Origin: a bacterium
GTDB lineage: Bacteria > SM23-31
Assembly (NCBI GenBank): GCA_965249485.1
Contig: OZ252239.1
Span: forward strand, 2,080,001 to 2,144,000
Direction of reading: 5' to 3'
Length of the DNA: 64,000 nt
The notes under the pieces are model-generated. The model was not told where the DNA came from, made no database searches, and saw only the letters and a list, made by a program, of their open reading frames with translations. Within the stretch, counting starts at the first letter, position 1; every line of letters starts with the position of its first letter. The position numbers and the translations under genes are program-made. Positions 20,169-32,118 of the stretch are shown here, piece by piece.

Positions 20169-21833
20169 TTAATCCAATTCTGCAACAAGATCCTCACTCA
20201 GCATCGAGGGAGCCCAGTATTTCTCGATATATTCAACCATTAACCGTGTCCCTTCGTCATGACTGACATATGGATAATTTTGAGGGTCGTACATCGAATC
20301 GGTCATATCACGCACCAAGACGCAATTTATTCCCCAGGCTTTCATTTGTCGTAACGTGAAAGAACGTGTCAAAATGCAATAATTGGTATGCACGCCCATA
20401 ACAATAAGGTTTTTGATTCCTTGCTGCTGGTAAAAGTTGTACGTTTCAACCCCGCTGTCCGAAATGCCGTCGTACTCACCGATATCGATAAGAGAAATTT
20501 GACGTGTCCATGCACCATAGCCAATGTCGCCGTCAACCTCGCATTCATCTTCATCTTCAATAGGTTTGGGATATTCAGAAAAATCATCTGAAAGTTCGTC
20601 AGCTATGAGCGGAGAAGGCTTTGGTACATCCGGTGCATTTATCATTCGTATTCTTTGAGGCCAGTCATCGTAAAAACTCATCGTTCCGCTCGGAGCATGA
20701 ATTATTTGAATGCCTTTTTCCCGTGCTTGTTTGAGGACGGGATTCATCCTTATAGCCAATTCCCTGACTCTCTCCGAGGAAGCTGAGCACCAGTGTTGAT
20801 CCCACATATCACAAATTATAATTGCCGTCTCGGAAATTTTCCAGTTCTTTTCTAATGCCAGTTCCTGCCAAGTATCGTTTCCGTTCGTGACCTCTTTACG
20901 GCTTCTCATAACCAGATTCATTTCTCCGGTTGGCATTGGCCTTTGTTTCGGCTCAGGCCTCTCTTTATACTCGGGCTCACGGTTACCAGTCCAGAAAAGG
21001 GCATTGGTCACCAGCTTTTTGTATGTTGAGCTTTTCCAATCCTGAAGCCCGCCAATTGCAATATAACATATTCTGGCGCCATTAAAGGTCCGCACCCATA
21101 CCGACGGTTCCGATATGTCATATTCCCTGTTATAATAGAGTAACGGCCCGTCTTGATTAGACACATCTTTATTTGGTATATAACCGGTCATTAATGCCTG
21201 AACATCAGGTGCCACAGGACCTGTTTTATACAGGCTATACCGTGAAGTTAAATTTTTAATACCTTTTAACACGGGATGATTCTCCGCGCCCGGTTCAATC
21301 CTAATTCTCTGAGTAAATCCTGTAATAACACCTTCCGGATCGGGAATACGGTTCCCATTTACATCTTGTACCGGCTGTTCAGGAGCTCCTTCATAATGAT
21401 CATTATAGTTGCCACCAAGAACGAGCTTATCAAACTCCAACCAGTTCTGAAGTCCGTGGCTCGCCGTCCGGATTGCGACCAGCGGCCTGCCGGAAGTTAT
21501 ATAGTTTTTCACGGCTTCCAACTGTTCCCCATCAATCGTAATACGGCGTGTAAATAATAACAGAACATCACAATCATCAAGCGCTTCAAGCCCCTGTAGG
21601 TTGGAATATTCACCTTTAAAATTAATTTCGCCGTCTGCCTGGAGCATTGTGACCCGGACATTCTCAACAGTCTCTTCGAGATAGTTCTTGTAATCATTGA
21701 GTGATATATCTGAAAAATACTCGTTAGAGCCGGAAATAAATACAATCTTATATGGATCGGATTGACCGCATGTAAGCAGGATCGAGCAGCAAAATAAAAT
21801 CGTAAAGAGTATTGAGGACAATTTCTTCATCAT
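20169..21833 (-). CDS. ThuA-like domain plus isochorismatase/cysteine-hydrolase domain fusion lipoprotein
   Basis: N-half VFISGSNEY, GRPLVAIRTASHG, LGGNY. C-half AIIICDMWDQHWC, IIHAPS, MGVHTNYCIL, VRDMTDSMYDP. Lipobox LTC. Confidence 0.85.
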   Translation of the reverse strand: MMKKLSSILFTILFCCSILLTCGQSDPYKIVFISGSNEYFSDISLNDYKNYLEETVENVRVTMLQADGEINFKGEYSNLQGLEALDDCDVLLLFTRRITIDGEQLEAVKNYITSGRPLVAIRTASHGLQNWLEFDKLVLGGNYNDHYEGAPEQPVQDVNGNRIPDPEGVITGFTQRIRIEPGAENHPVLKGIKNLTSRYSLYKTGPVAPDVQALMTGYIPNKDVSNQDGPLLYYNREYDISEPSVWVRTFNGARICYIAIGGLQDWKSSTYKKLVTNALFWTGNREPEYKERPEPKQRPMPTGEMNLVMRSRKEVTNGNDTWQELALEKNWKISETAIIICDMWDQHWCSASSERVRELAIRMNPVLKQAREKGIQIIHAPSGTMSFYDDWPQRIRMINAPDVPKPSPLIADELSDDFSEYPKPIEDEDECEVDGDIGYGAWTRQISLIDIGEYDGISDSGVETYNFYQQQGIKNLIVMGVHTNYCILTRSFTLRQMKAWGINCVLVRDMTDSMYDPQNYPYVSHDEGTRLMVEYIEKYWAPSMLSEDLVAELD

Positions 21834-22417
21834 TATTCCTTCCTTTAAAATATGATAGAGATTTGCAGAAAAATTTATCGCTTGGACGTTGGCTTATGTA
21901 ACGTATTATATTGTAAATAAACAATACTGACCGGATCTTTGATGTCGGATTGATACTGATTAGTATGTGTCACGAATTCCCATAATACTTTATTCATGGA
22001 CCGGCACATGCTTTGCTGACTGATAAATCCGGAAAATATTTTAGAAAGGATATCAGATCATACATTGGCACAAGTATGAACAAAGACCATTTTTGTTCAA
22101 GAAAAAGAGTAAATAAAAATGAAAACAATTGCAAGCCTTTTTTCCAAAACGATCTTAGGTTGTGTTTCAATTATGTCTTATGAATAATAAAAATATTTTT
22201 GAAGTTTACAATTTATTTAATGTATTATAATGTATATATAAACGTATGAATGTCGAACCATTTCAGAAACATACTTTTTAATACTGAACGGATAATTTCC
22301 TGTAAAATTGTCTTTAGAAATCGACGACTAATTCGTATATTTTAATGATCTATATTCAGCTTAGCCGTTTTTAAAAATATTGTTCAAGTTGATCGCTGAT
22401 ACCAAGGAGTAATTAAG

Positions 22418-23773
22418 ATGATCCAAAAATCAGGAATGGACCGAAGACAGTTTATAAAACGCACAGCAGGTGCAGCGGTAGTAGGGATGGAATTTCCCTA
22501 TATTGTCCCGACATCCGTATTGGGTAGAGCTGGCATTGTTCTTCCAAGCGACAAAATTACCGTAGGCTGCATCGGAATGGGAGGTATGGGTTTAGTTGAC
22601 ATGAGATCATTTCTGTTTGAATCGGATACTCGTGTTGTTGCGGTATGTGATGTAGATGCAAATCATCTTCATAGAGCAAAAAATATTGTCGATGAACATT
22701 ACGGGAATAACGATTGTGCAACATATGGCGACTTTCGCGAGCTGATCGCGCGTGATGATATCGACGTCGTAACAGTTGCTACTCCTGACCACTGGCATTC
22801 TATTCCTGCTATTGCTGCTATCAAGGCCGGAAAAGATATTTATGGCGAAAAACCGCTTGCACATTCTCTTCTTGAAGGCCGTGCCATATGTGATGCCGTA
22901 AAGCGGTATGGCTGTGTCTGGCAGACTGGCAGTTGGCAGCGGTCACAGGCAAACTATCGATTTGCCTGTGAATTAGTTCTTAACGGTCGAATCGGCAAAG
23001 TGCATACCGTTGAAATAGGATTACCCGGCGAATACGAGATAAGGGGTAATGAATTACAAACAGTAACAAATCCACCGAAAGAACTTGATTACGATTTTTG
23101 GCTTGGTCCTGCTCCATATTCTGATTATGTGGCTGCCCGAGTACATTACCATTGGAGGTGGATCCGTGAATACGGTGGCGGTCAATTCATGAACACGGTC
23201 AATCACGATGTCGATATCGCTCAATGGGGGCTGGGGCTTGACTATACAGGCCCGGTTGAGATCGAAGGTACAGGTACAAAACCAGAATCCTCTCTGTATA
23301 ACTGTTTCAATCACTATAGCGTTAAAACGAAGTATGCTAATGGTATTGAAATGATCATACTTGGTGCCGGTATGCCGGATGCGGCAGGAAGTGCTGATAT
23401 TCTCGAAGGAGTAAAATGGATAGGTGAGGATGGCTGGGTTTTTGTTGCACGGGGAAAAATTGACGCCAATCCAAAATTGCTGCTGCGCGAAAAACTTAGT
23501 CCAGATGAAATTCATCTTCATCAAGCCAGTTCTATGGGAGATAATGTAGAGCAGGGTCATGTACGCAATTTTTTGGATTGTGTCAAGTCACGGGCAGAGA
23601 CCTTATCCCCAAGTGAAGTTGCGCAACGTTCCACTACTATAGGCCATTTAGGACAGATTTCAATGCTGCTGAATAGAAAGATCCGTTTTAATCCGGAAAC
23701 CGAAGAAATTATAGCAGATACTGCTGCAACAAGAATGCTCGGGAGAGCAATGCGCAGTCCATGGCATCTTTAA
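22418..23773 (+). CDS. Tat-exported Gfo/Idh/MocA family oxidoreductase
   Basis: DRRQFIK; GCIGMGGMG; ATPDHWH; YGEKP; QTGSWQRS; WLGPAP. Confidence 0.93.
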   Translation: MIQKSGMDRRQFIKRTAGAAVVGMEFPYIVPTSVLGRAGIVLPSDKITVGCIGMGGMGLVDMRSFLFESDTRVVAVCDVDANHLHRAKNIVDEHYGNNDCATYGDFRELIARDDIDVVTVATPDHWHSIPAIAAIKAGKDIYGEKPLAHSLLEGRAICDAVKRYGCVWQTGSWQRSQANYRFACELVLNGRIGKVHTVEIGLPGEYEIRGNELQTVTNPPKELDYDFWLGPAPYSDYVAARVHYHWRWIREYGGGQFMNTVNHDVDIAQWGLGLDYTGPVEIEGTGTKPESSLYNCFNHYSVKTKYANGIEMIILGAGMPDAAGSADILEGVKWIGEDGWVFVARGKIDANPKLLLREKLSPDEIHLHQASSMGDNVEQGHVRNFLDCVKSRAETLSPSEVAQRSTTIGHLGQISMLLNRKIRFNPETEEIIADTAATRMLGRAMRSPWHL

Positions 23774-24677
23774 GATTACTCATTGGGGGTAGGGTGCGCA
23801 GATCGAAAAGCGTACATCACTGGGAGTATCAATCCTCATTAGTTGGATTAATCACGATAAAATTTCTGAAAAAAATTAAATATTGAATGTTTCAGCTTAA
23901 TCATTACCTTGTTCTTTATTAACCTTAAATGTAAATAAGTTTACCATTTTATGCCAACCCGTTAATATGTCATTTTAATGCACATATTATTGAATAAGCC
24001 TAATCATCGGGACAGATTCATGTGGCCATAAGGGTGTGGATAACCTTTTTTAGGCAACATCTACGTACAATTTATCATTTTTTTATTGCAAATTAGTAAT
24101 AATCCATGAAATATGTGATTTTCAAGGTGGAATTCAAGAAAATCAGACAGAATTGTACCCTAAATGGCATATAACATTGGTCTTAATGAAATATAAATGG
24201 ACCGCTAATATATATAATGTGATTTATGTAATTGATTATCAGGAATAGGGAGTAGAAAATACTTGTGAAAAAAATATTTATCCCTTACTATTAAATACAC
24301 TACGTCCAGACCTTTTTATTAGTCATTGGTGGATTTTAATCTTAATTTTCATGAAAGGAAAAATCGCACATTAGAAGAGCTGAGTATGGAAGAAATCTTA
24401 TTCAAATGGGATGAACTTCTAAACACGATTCGAACCAACCAATTTTTTATCGGTGTCAGCGTAGCTCTATTCAGCTCGTTTATAACAACACTCTCTTTCA
24501 TCCGCAAATCAAATAAGAAACACTGAAATCTCCACTAAAAAAAGCAAATAATAACTTACAAGAACCATTTCTTCTTTTGACCTCAAGAGTACCTTCGATA
24601 CCTATAGAAAAAGTGACTGAGGGTGTATCCTTTTGTCTTTCACTTCCGTCTAGAAAAGTAGAAAGGAGGTGAAGACA

Positions 24678-25103
24678 ATGGCTGACGCACAAGAATCAAA
24701 TTCACAATTTTCCATAACAGTAGAAGGAACGATGGGAACATGCTCCGTCGGTGAGAAAATCTGAAACAGGAACCTGGCTGAGGGTAAAATTCCGGTATTG
24801 TCCTGTGAAGGAGCCTGCATCAGAGGAGAAATAGCCCGTCTTGCGGCCAACATGGTTGCGAAAGAAGAGCCGTATGGGCGCACCTGCCATGGGGAGTTGT
24901 TTACCGTCCCTCATTCAGCCATCACCTGCTGGAGTAAACAGGCTGATAAAATGGTGGTGATTGACGGCTGCTTCCTGAGGTGCCACGGCAGGATGCTGAT
25001 AAATCTCATTGGTGAAGACCATCTGATTGAATTTGATGCCCTCTCTCATTATAAAAAGTACACTCAGTTTTTCGATATCGATGACGTACCGGTACGTGGT
25101 TAA
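24678..25103 (+). pseudogene. DGC-domain putative zinc-binding protein with in-frame TGA (24762-24764) and apparently shortened C-terminus
   Basis: RBS AAGGAGGTG then ATG. Reads ..TCSVGEKI*NRNLAEGKIPVLSCEGACIRGEIAR..RTCH..VIDGCFLRCHGR. Confidence 0.75.
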
Positions 25104-25453
25104 TTCCACTGCTTATTTGTATAGTTATGATGGTTTTATTCTCCCTGGTTTTCCGGCGGAGAGGATTTGCATCGTGGGGGCGGCCATGTGGATGCAGGTC
25201 TTATAAGGACTCCACCGAAATACCTCTTGAGATCCTCCAGAAGTGGTATGCACAAGGTGAAATTACCAAAGAAGACGCTTGAACGGATACAGGGTGATTG
25301 CGGTTGCACACATGATCGAGAGTAATCAGAATTACTATCGATATCCGAGAATGGTATTGCCTGTTTGATTACAGGCATGGAACTCCAGGCCACCCTGGGA
25401 TAGTACATAGTATTATGACCATATTCGTTCCAGAAAATATGGAGGAATGAAAA

Positions 25454-25955
25454 ATGCCGCTATATGTTAAAGAATCGAATATACTATCACAGGCTGCCGG
25501 ACTTCAGTCCGTGCTGATTGTGCCGTGCCGGTTCTGCCCTGCTATAAGCATGGCTGTGAAGGAGAAAAAACCTTATATCGAACTTGTTTCGGAGGTTTTT
25601 GAGAATGGAGGCGTATGAGTCGATTATTCTGGACTTGCAACACCGTCTTGCAGATGCGGGAATTACTACAGATGTGTTTGACAGCAAACTTCTGCACCAA
25701 TTTGTGGCATGTATGTGGTCGTCCAGGCGTCGAAGAGCGCTAGCAAAAAGAGCAGCAAAGTTCGATGGTGTGCTAGTTCTGGGATGCGATCCAACGGTTG
25801 AACTTGTGCGTGACGCTCTAGGATCTACCGATTGTCGCGTGATCCGGTGCATGGAAACCGATGGGATAATGAATATTCTGCCGAACGTGAGTTTCTCGTT
25901 CAACGTATCGATTGAGATGCATGGCATAACTCCCGTAGAGATAAAAAGTCACTAA
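25454..25955 (+). pseudogene. Cys-containing hypothetical protein, frameshifted near 25583
   Basis: RBS GGAGGA. MPLYVKE..VLIVPCRFCPAISMAV..PYIEL continues in another frame as FRRFLRMEAY..ACMW..GVLVLGC. Confidence 0.6.
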
Positions 25956-26949
25956 AACAGCAAAGAAGAATAAACGTCCCATATTTTCGACAAATCTATC
26001 CATACACAACACATAATCTTGGCAGGCAGATACGGTAGCAACAATACGATGGAATTGTTTTGTTCTGCTATTTCGGTTGTTGATGTTGTGCGCTCATTTC
26101 GTTGCAACGCCCAGAAATTCCACACCGTGCTTTTTTGTTGTCCCCACCAACTCCGGAGCATCTGACCAGCCACTCTCTTCAAGGAATCCGCCGAGTTCTT
26201 CAGGTCGTATACTCCAGAGCCACGGTTCTCCACTAATCTTGAGAATCCACAGGACAGCCCCGTCCAACGTCCGGCATCAGGTCGGCCATCAGCACCCGTA
26301 CCAGCATAGCTGAATGCAATCCGACTCACGGAACCAGTAGATTGCAGCACACTGGTCGAACAACTCCCGGGGAGCCGCGGGAGGCAGATTCATCAGCAGA
26401 CCTTCGGCTACAATGACGGTTTGCGCTGTCCGGTCCCATGATGTGTTGGTGCTGAGAACTTCCACTAATTTTCGTTCACCAAGGTCCTCTGCATGCAGAT
26501 GAAGATTATCTCTCTGTCCCATCTGCTCAATTCCCTTTGCTTTGAGGAGGGCCGTTGCCGGGTGATCAATCTCAAAGAAGACGACACACGTGAATTCCGG
26601 TGCCAGCCGCCATCCAAGCGTATCGTACCCCGCACCCAGCACAAGAACCTGGGTGGCTACCTACACCAATCCCTTCCCTTACCTGGCGTTCACAGAACGC
26701 TTTTTTGTGCCCAAAAGCCTCAAATTGACCCCGCATCATCCAGTCGAACGCCTCGTAAGCGGAAACCATTCTTCTGGAACGGGACTGCTGAACCGAAATC
26801 GCACTAACTGCACCGGAGGCAACAAGAAGCTCTGCCGTAGCCTCGACAATCCTGGGGGGAATAACTTCGTTCATTCCGGGTTTCGCTCCCAGAGTGACTA
26901 TATTCAGAGCAACTTTACGCGCCGTCCTACTCGGTGAACCTTTGCGCAT
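25952..26949 (-). pseudogene. class I SAM-dependent methyltransferase (leucine carboxyl methyltransferase-like), two frameshifts
   Basis: PSRTARKVA; VLGAGYDTL..FFEIDHPAT; VAEGLLM. Spread over three frames with breaks near 26660 and 26340. RBS AAGGAG. Confidence 0.82.
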
Positions 26950-27410
26950 AGAATCTCCTTATGTGTTGAACGATATCTATAGCCGACGCCAGAATTATTA
27001 AGACAGGAATGCTAAGTAGAGAAATTAGCCATTGTCAATAGAAATATTATTACCTATAAATGTCAAGATGTTTAGCGAGTGGATGTTCATAAATCGGAGT
27101 AATCGGTGATGGATTTGTTTATATACGATTGTTAACACATAATTGAAAGGTCCGTTTTTCTTACCGGTATTTTCGACTCTCCTACATTTCAATCCATTCA
27201 GAATAAATAACCTTTGCAGTGATTTATCCCCCATAATACCACCAACACGTGAAAAAACTCGTAACTTCCCGCAACTTTCCCTACCCCAAAGAAGTTTAAT
27301 CTTTACACTACTCAAAAAAGAAAAATCATAATGATTTTAAAAAAACTAAGAAAAACTGCTCAATCTGTACTTTGATGCCGTAATGTCAAATTAATTGGCA
27401 GGTGGATAAA

Positions 27411-28493
27411 ATGAATACTATGATAAACTCTAATCGAGGTTTTACCCTTATACACGTTGTTATATTAATGGTCGGTCTTGCGATTGCACCTGGTGTGGCA
27501 CTGAAGGTCACACAACAGGGTGCAACCGAAGCCCGTATTCTTAAATCGATCGATACGATCAAGAATATTCAGAAGGCTCTTTATGGAGACTTGAATATAA
27601 AGGATCAAACCGATTACGGCTTTATCGGTGACATCGGAAGGCTGCCAAACTCCCTTGATGAATTATTGTATGACAATGGTGATCCAAACTGGAATGGGCC
27701 CTACATGGAATCCGATTTTGCAGAAGATCTTTCCAATCCGTATCTCGATGCATGGGGGAACGAAATTATCTATGACAATCTGACCGGAAAATTGAGTTTA
27801 AATTCTGAGTCAATAGGTGATAATATAGTCCATATTCCGGAGCACTTCGATGATATGACAAAGATACTATTCGGAAACATCAGAGGGACACTTATCGATA
27901 AGTACGGTAATTCTATAAAAAATGGTGACCGGCGGCATATATTGATCTATATGGAACCTGTATTCGATGAACGTAACTGGCCACCCATTATACATGATAT
28001 TGAACGGGAGAAGAGAATTTTTCACATGGATCGCATTTGGGGAAAGTACCATAGTGGAGATTCATGGAATGCACTCCATTCATTCTTTGATAAGAGTGAT
28101 AATGATAAAGATCACTGGTCTGAGGGTTGGGATTGGACCGAGGATGACGGTGAAGATGATGATGATAAAGAGAAGAAAGAATTCGATCCGCACTTTGACG
28201 ATTTCTGGAAAGATTTCATTCTTCAGGATGAATATGAACAGAATTTTCTGGGCATACAAGTATTTATACATCCGGATAAACAAGGCGATTACGGCCAGGA
28301 GGATATTCCTGTCAGACCCTATATAATTACTGCATATCATGACAAACTGGAATTGGCGCTCAAACAGTATGTTGTTATTAAACCAGACGAAAAGGTTACT
28401 TTGAACTTCAGGTTTGATGCACTCTTTCCCGGGTACAAAGCACCCAAAGAAGATAAAGAGAAGAAAGATGATGATAAACCTGAAAAAAAATGA
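27411..28493 (+). CDS. prepilin-type (GspG-like pseudopilin) protein with extended C-terminus
   Basis: NRG|FTLIHVVILMVGLAIA class III signal; DIGRLPNSLDEL..WNGPYM..DAWGNEIIY. Start codon uncertain. Confidence 0.8.
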   Translation: MNTMINSNRGFTLIHVVILMVGLAIAPGVALKVTQQGATEARILKSIDTIKNIQKALYGDLNIKDQTDYGFIGDIGRLPNSLDELLYDNGDPNWNGPYMESDFAEDLSNPYLDAWGNEIIYDNLTGKLSLNSESIGDNIVHIPEHFDDMTKILFGNIRGTLIDKYGNSIKNGDRRHILIYMEPVFDERNWPPIIHDIEREKRIFHMDRIWGKYHSGDSWNALHSFFDKSDNDKDHWSEGWDWTEDDGEDDDDKEKKEFDPHFDDFWKDFILQDEYEQNFLGIQVFIHPDKQGDYGQEDIPVRPYIITAYHDKLELALKQYVVIKPDEKVTLNFRFDALFPGYKAPKEDKEKKDDDKPEKK

Positions 28494-29177
28494 AATGACC
28501 TGAAGATTTACTTTTTTCATTTTTCCTGTCGGCTTCTTCAATAATAATTCCTCCCACCAAATCAGCAGCTTTTTTCAACTCCTCGTACACGTATGTACTC
28601 TACCAGGAAGCAAAAGAACTTGGCTTTACCATTGACGAACCGGTTAGCTCTTGAGGAGATTCATCATATAATATTTGAAATTAATGGTGCCACTGTATCA
28701 GATCTCGTTGTATTCAAGCAGGCAATACGTTATATGGAATGACGACATTCGGAAGAGTATAAAACCTTTGAGATAGGATATATATCTTGTTATTGCTCAA
28801 GATTTTATTGATTTTTTATTCAATGTGTCCGAAGCGTCTGACGAAACACATCACATGTTAAATAGTATCACAGTTCAACACAATCCATTTATCGTATCTG
28901 TCGGGATTTGTGCCTGCACAATGGTTTAGAATCAACGAACACTTACACAATTGCCAGAAAGAATGCAGAAAGACGAGAGATTATACGTTGACTTCCATAG
29001 AGTAAGAAGAAAAGACTTGGAAAATCTCAATCTATCTCTTACTATTCAACACAAAGTGTTGGTCTTGTTTTTGACAGCATACACTATCGACAGGACCACA
29101 TTTAAAAATGAGTTTGCCGAATCACATTGCGTGATCTGGGAAAAGCTCAATTTTAAATGTTTTTTTTTGGACTCTCC

Positions 29178-31865
29178 ATGATTTTTAGCAACCGACATAA
29201 CTATTTCAAATTGATACTTTGTTTTATCCTTCTACAAGGAGCAACAAATACCAGCACGTCATACGGTCAGTCTGGTAATTTCGCCAACGGCTCGAAATAT
29301 AATCCATATATCCCGCTGACTTCGTTTGAGTTTGAAGATGCCCCGTTTACAATCGGCGGTCCCGTCAATTTTATTGTTGTTGATAATGGTTTCAGGGCGA
29401 ATTTCGATATTGCGAATTCTTCAGATACAGAGATCTCACGTGTGCATGTCTGGCTATTGGTGTACTTTCAACAGAGAGAAAAACCTGTACTGTATGAGCG
29501 TACCTTCAGCGAGCCAATCCCTCCAAAAAGTTCCCGTAACTTTATCTGGAACGAGCCACCAAGCCAGTATGGAAATCCAACAGCGGGAGTTGTCGTACCT
29601 TATTACATGGAACTTTCCGGGAAAGGACACTGGTATCTATCAAGCAATTATGGGCCTGAATCGGAAACTTTGACTTCACCCCTGGGATCAAACAGACCAT
29701 CCACCACGGCAGGAGGGCTCAGCGCGCACCATCGAAGTATGCCCGCAGTAAGAGTCTCTGAAGGTCCCCGGATAGATGGTGTTCTGGACGATGAGGTATG
29801 GAAGGAAGTGGAATTTGAAGGGGAATTTATCCAGCGGTTCCCTATTAGCAATATTGCACCGACTGAAAAAACCGAAATCGCGATTATTTATGATGATGAA
29901 AATTTATATGTTGGTGCTCGCATGTATGATTCTGAGCCCGATAGAATTCGCATTACAGAAATGAGGCGGGATGAGAGATTGTTCAACGACGATAGATTTG
30001 AAATGGTACTGGACACCTTTCATGACCGTCAAAGCGGTTATAACTTTGTAATCAATCCTGCCGGATCCCGTATCGATGCATTTATCCGTGAGGATGGAAG
30101 AATCCGCAATCGTGACTGGGACGCTGTGTGGGTCGCTAAAACATCGATCGATGAATCTGGTTGGTATCTTGAGGTCGCTTTACCATGGCATTCTCTCCGG
30201 TTTCGTGAGGGTGATAACATTGTTTGGGGCGCTAATTTTGTTCGCACAATTATGAGAAAAAATGAAGTCGACTTTTGGCGGTTCGTACCGCTTTATGCCG
30301 GCCGTGAAGGGCAGGAACGAATCTCCGAAGGGGGAGATATTACCGGATTCAACGGTTTGGAAATGGGCGGCAATTTTGATCTTAAACCATTTGTGACAGG
30401 TGGAGTGCAGCGAGATGATTTCGTTGAAGATGACCTCGGTGAGTTCGGAATTGACTTAAAAAAGAGCATCACGTCGACATTAACAGCCGATTTTACGTAC
30501 AATACCGATTTTGCACAGGTCGAGGCAGATCAGGAGCAGGTAAATCTGACACGTTTCAACCTGTTCTTTCCGGAAAAACGGGAATTCTTTTTAGAAGGTG
30601 CGGGAACATTCGCGTTTGGTCAGGGAGTAGGAGGAAGAAATCCTCTCCTAGGGCGGGCAGCCAATATACAATTGTTCCATAGCCGTACGATCGGCCTGTC
30701 CGATGGAAATCCTGTGCCCATACTCGGTGGAGCACGTCTTATCGGCAAGGTCGGAGATTATTCGCTCGGAATTATGTCACTCCAAACCGATGATATTTTT
30801 GTTACCAGTGATTCGACGAATGTACGTGAAACCAATTTAAGCGCATTCAGGTTAAAACGCGATATTCTCTCCCGTTCATCTGTCGGCGTGATGCTTCTGA
30901 ATAAAGAGGAAAGGAATGGCGGGTATAACCGTTCGGTCGGTTTTGATTCCAACTTCAATGTCAACGAAAATTTTTCATTCTTTTTAGTAGGAGCTGGCAC
31001 TTTTTCTCCCGGAAAAGAAGGCAAAAGAAATAATCTTGCAGGTAATGCCGGATTCCGGTTTCAATCAGACCTGTTGCAGTATAATCTATCCTATTTGAAT
31101 ATCGATAAGAATTTTAATCCCGAAATGGGATTTGTCAGAAGAAAAGATATCAGATTCACCGAAGGTGGCATCACTATTTCTCCTCGTTTCAGTCAAATTC
31201 CCGCAATTCGACAGATCTTTTTTACCGCTAACGGTAATTACCAGACCAATCGCCTTAATCGGGTGCTCAACAAAGAGGCAACTGGAACATTGAACATTGA
31301 TTTTGAAAATACTACGAATTTCAGCATTACGGTAGAAAGAGAATTTGAGTACCTCGAAGATGATTTTGATATTCGTCCGGAGTTGGTAATACCACGCGGA
31401 GAGTACACAAGCACGCAGTATCGAGGTATTTACACAACGGACAGGACGAAAGCTGTCAGCGGGACGGTAAATTTCAACGGGGGAGATTTTTTCACGGGTA
31501 CTTCATACGGTGGAGGAGTGGGTACAACGATTAGGGCTCATCCCCGTGTTTCTGCTAGTGGAGGTTATAGTTATAATGAGATCGATCTTCCCAACGGAAA
31601 ATTTCACACAAATTTTGCATCTGCTCGTCTCAGCTATGCATTCAGTACAGACCTTTTTATTAAAGGATTTTTTCAGTGGGTCGATGATGCTCTGCTATTC
31701 GATGACAGAAATCAGATTTCACAAAACATTATTCTCCGTTATACATATAAGCTTGGGAGCGATTTATATTTAGTATATAATCAGGAAAATTTATTGGGAA
31801 CCGGCAATGATGTGACTACAAACAGAACCCTCCTCGCAAAAATTAATTTCCTTTTACGGAAATAA
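29178..31865 (+). CDS. CBM9-like plus DUF5916 outer-membrane protein with extra N-terminal domain
   Basis: PRIDGVLDDEVW, YDDENLY, LDTFHD, NTDFAQVEAD, NLTRFNLFFPEKREFFLEG, LFHSRTIG. Beta-barrel-like C-terminus. Confidence 0.88.
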   Translation: MIFSNRHNYFKLILCFILLQGATNTSTSYGQSGNFANGSKYNPYIPLTSFEFEDAPFTIGGPVNFIVVDNGFRANFDIANSSDTEISRVHVWLLVYFQQREKPVLYERTFSEPIPPKSSRNFIWNEPPSQYGNPTAGVVVPYYMELSGKGHWYLSSNYGPESETLTSPLGSNRPSTTAGGLSAHHRSMPAVRVSEGPRIDGVLDDEVWKEVEFEGEFIQRFPISNIAPTEKTEIAIIYDDENLYVGARMYDSEPDRIRITEMRRDERLFNDDRFEMVLDTFHDRQSGYNFVINPAGSRIDAFIREDGRIRNRDWDAVWVAKTSIDESGWYLEVALPWHSLRFREGDNIVWGANFVRTIMRKNEVDFWRFVPLYAGREGQERISEGGDITGFNGLEMGGNFDLKPFVTGGVQRDDFVEDDLGEFGIDLKKSITSTLTADFTYNTDFAQVEADQEQVNLTRFNLFFPEKREFFLEGAGTFAFGQGVGGRNPLLGRAANIQLFHSRTIGLSDGNPVPILGGARLIGKVGDYSLGIMSLQTDDIFVTSDSTNVRETNLSAFRLKRDILSRSSVGVMLLNKEERNGGYNRSVGFDSNFNVNENFSFFLVGAGTFSPGKEGKRNNLAGNAGFRFQSDLLQYNLSYLNIDKNFNPEMGFVRRKDIRFTEGGITISPRFSQIPAIRQIFFTANGNYQTNRLNRVLNKEATGTLNIDFENTTNFSITVEREFEYLEDDFDIRPELVIPRGEYTSTQYRGIYTTDRTKAVSGTVNFNGGDFFTGTSYGGGVGTTIRAHPRVSASGGYSYNEIDLPNGKFHTNFASARLSYAFSTDLFIKGFFQWVDDALLFDDRNQISQNIILRYTYKLGSDLYLVYNQENLLGTGNDVTTNRTLLAKINFLLRK

Positions 31866-32118
31866 ATGGATTTAGTGAATAGTAAAGTACTAATGATGAA
31901 ATGTTAAATTACTATTACAATTCTAAATCAGTCCATATTAATCTCTTTCAGAAGGTTGATATGAGGAAGGCTGAGAATGCGACGTTGCAATGAGGTTCGC
32001 GGCAAGGCCGACAATAAAAACTGAGAAGTTTAAGCGATGTGCGGAGTTTGCAGAACGGAATTATTTATAATCCTACCTTTATTAACATCCTTGATTAGTC
32101 TTCGTAACATAATTCCGA

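Noticed and set aside
24762..24764. Selenocysteine TGA in the DGC-domain gene
   Set aside because: The TGA is not at a Cys motif; SCEGAC, TCH and DGC are all Cys-encoded. It is one base from GGA, and the gene also looks 3'-truncated, so a nonsense mutation is more likely.
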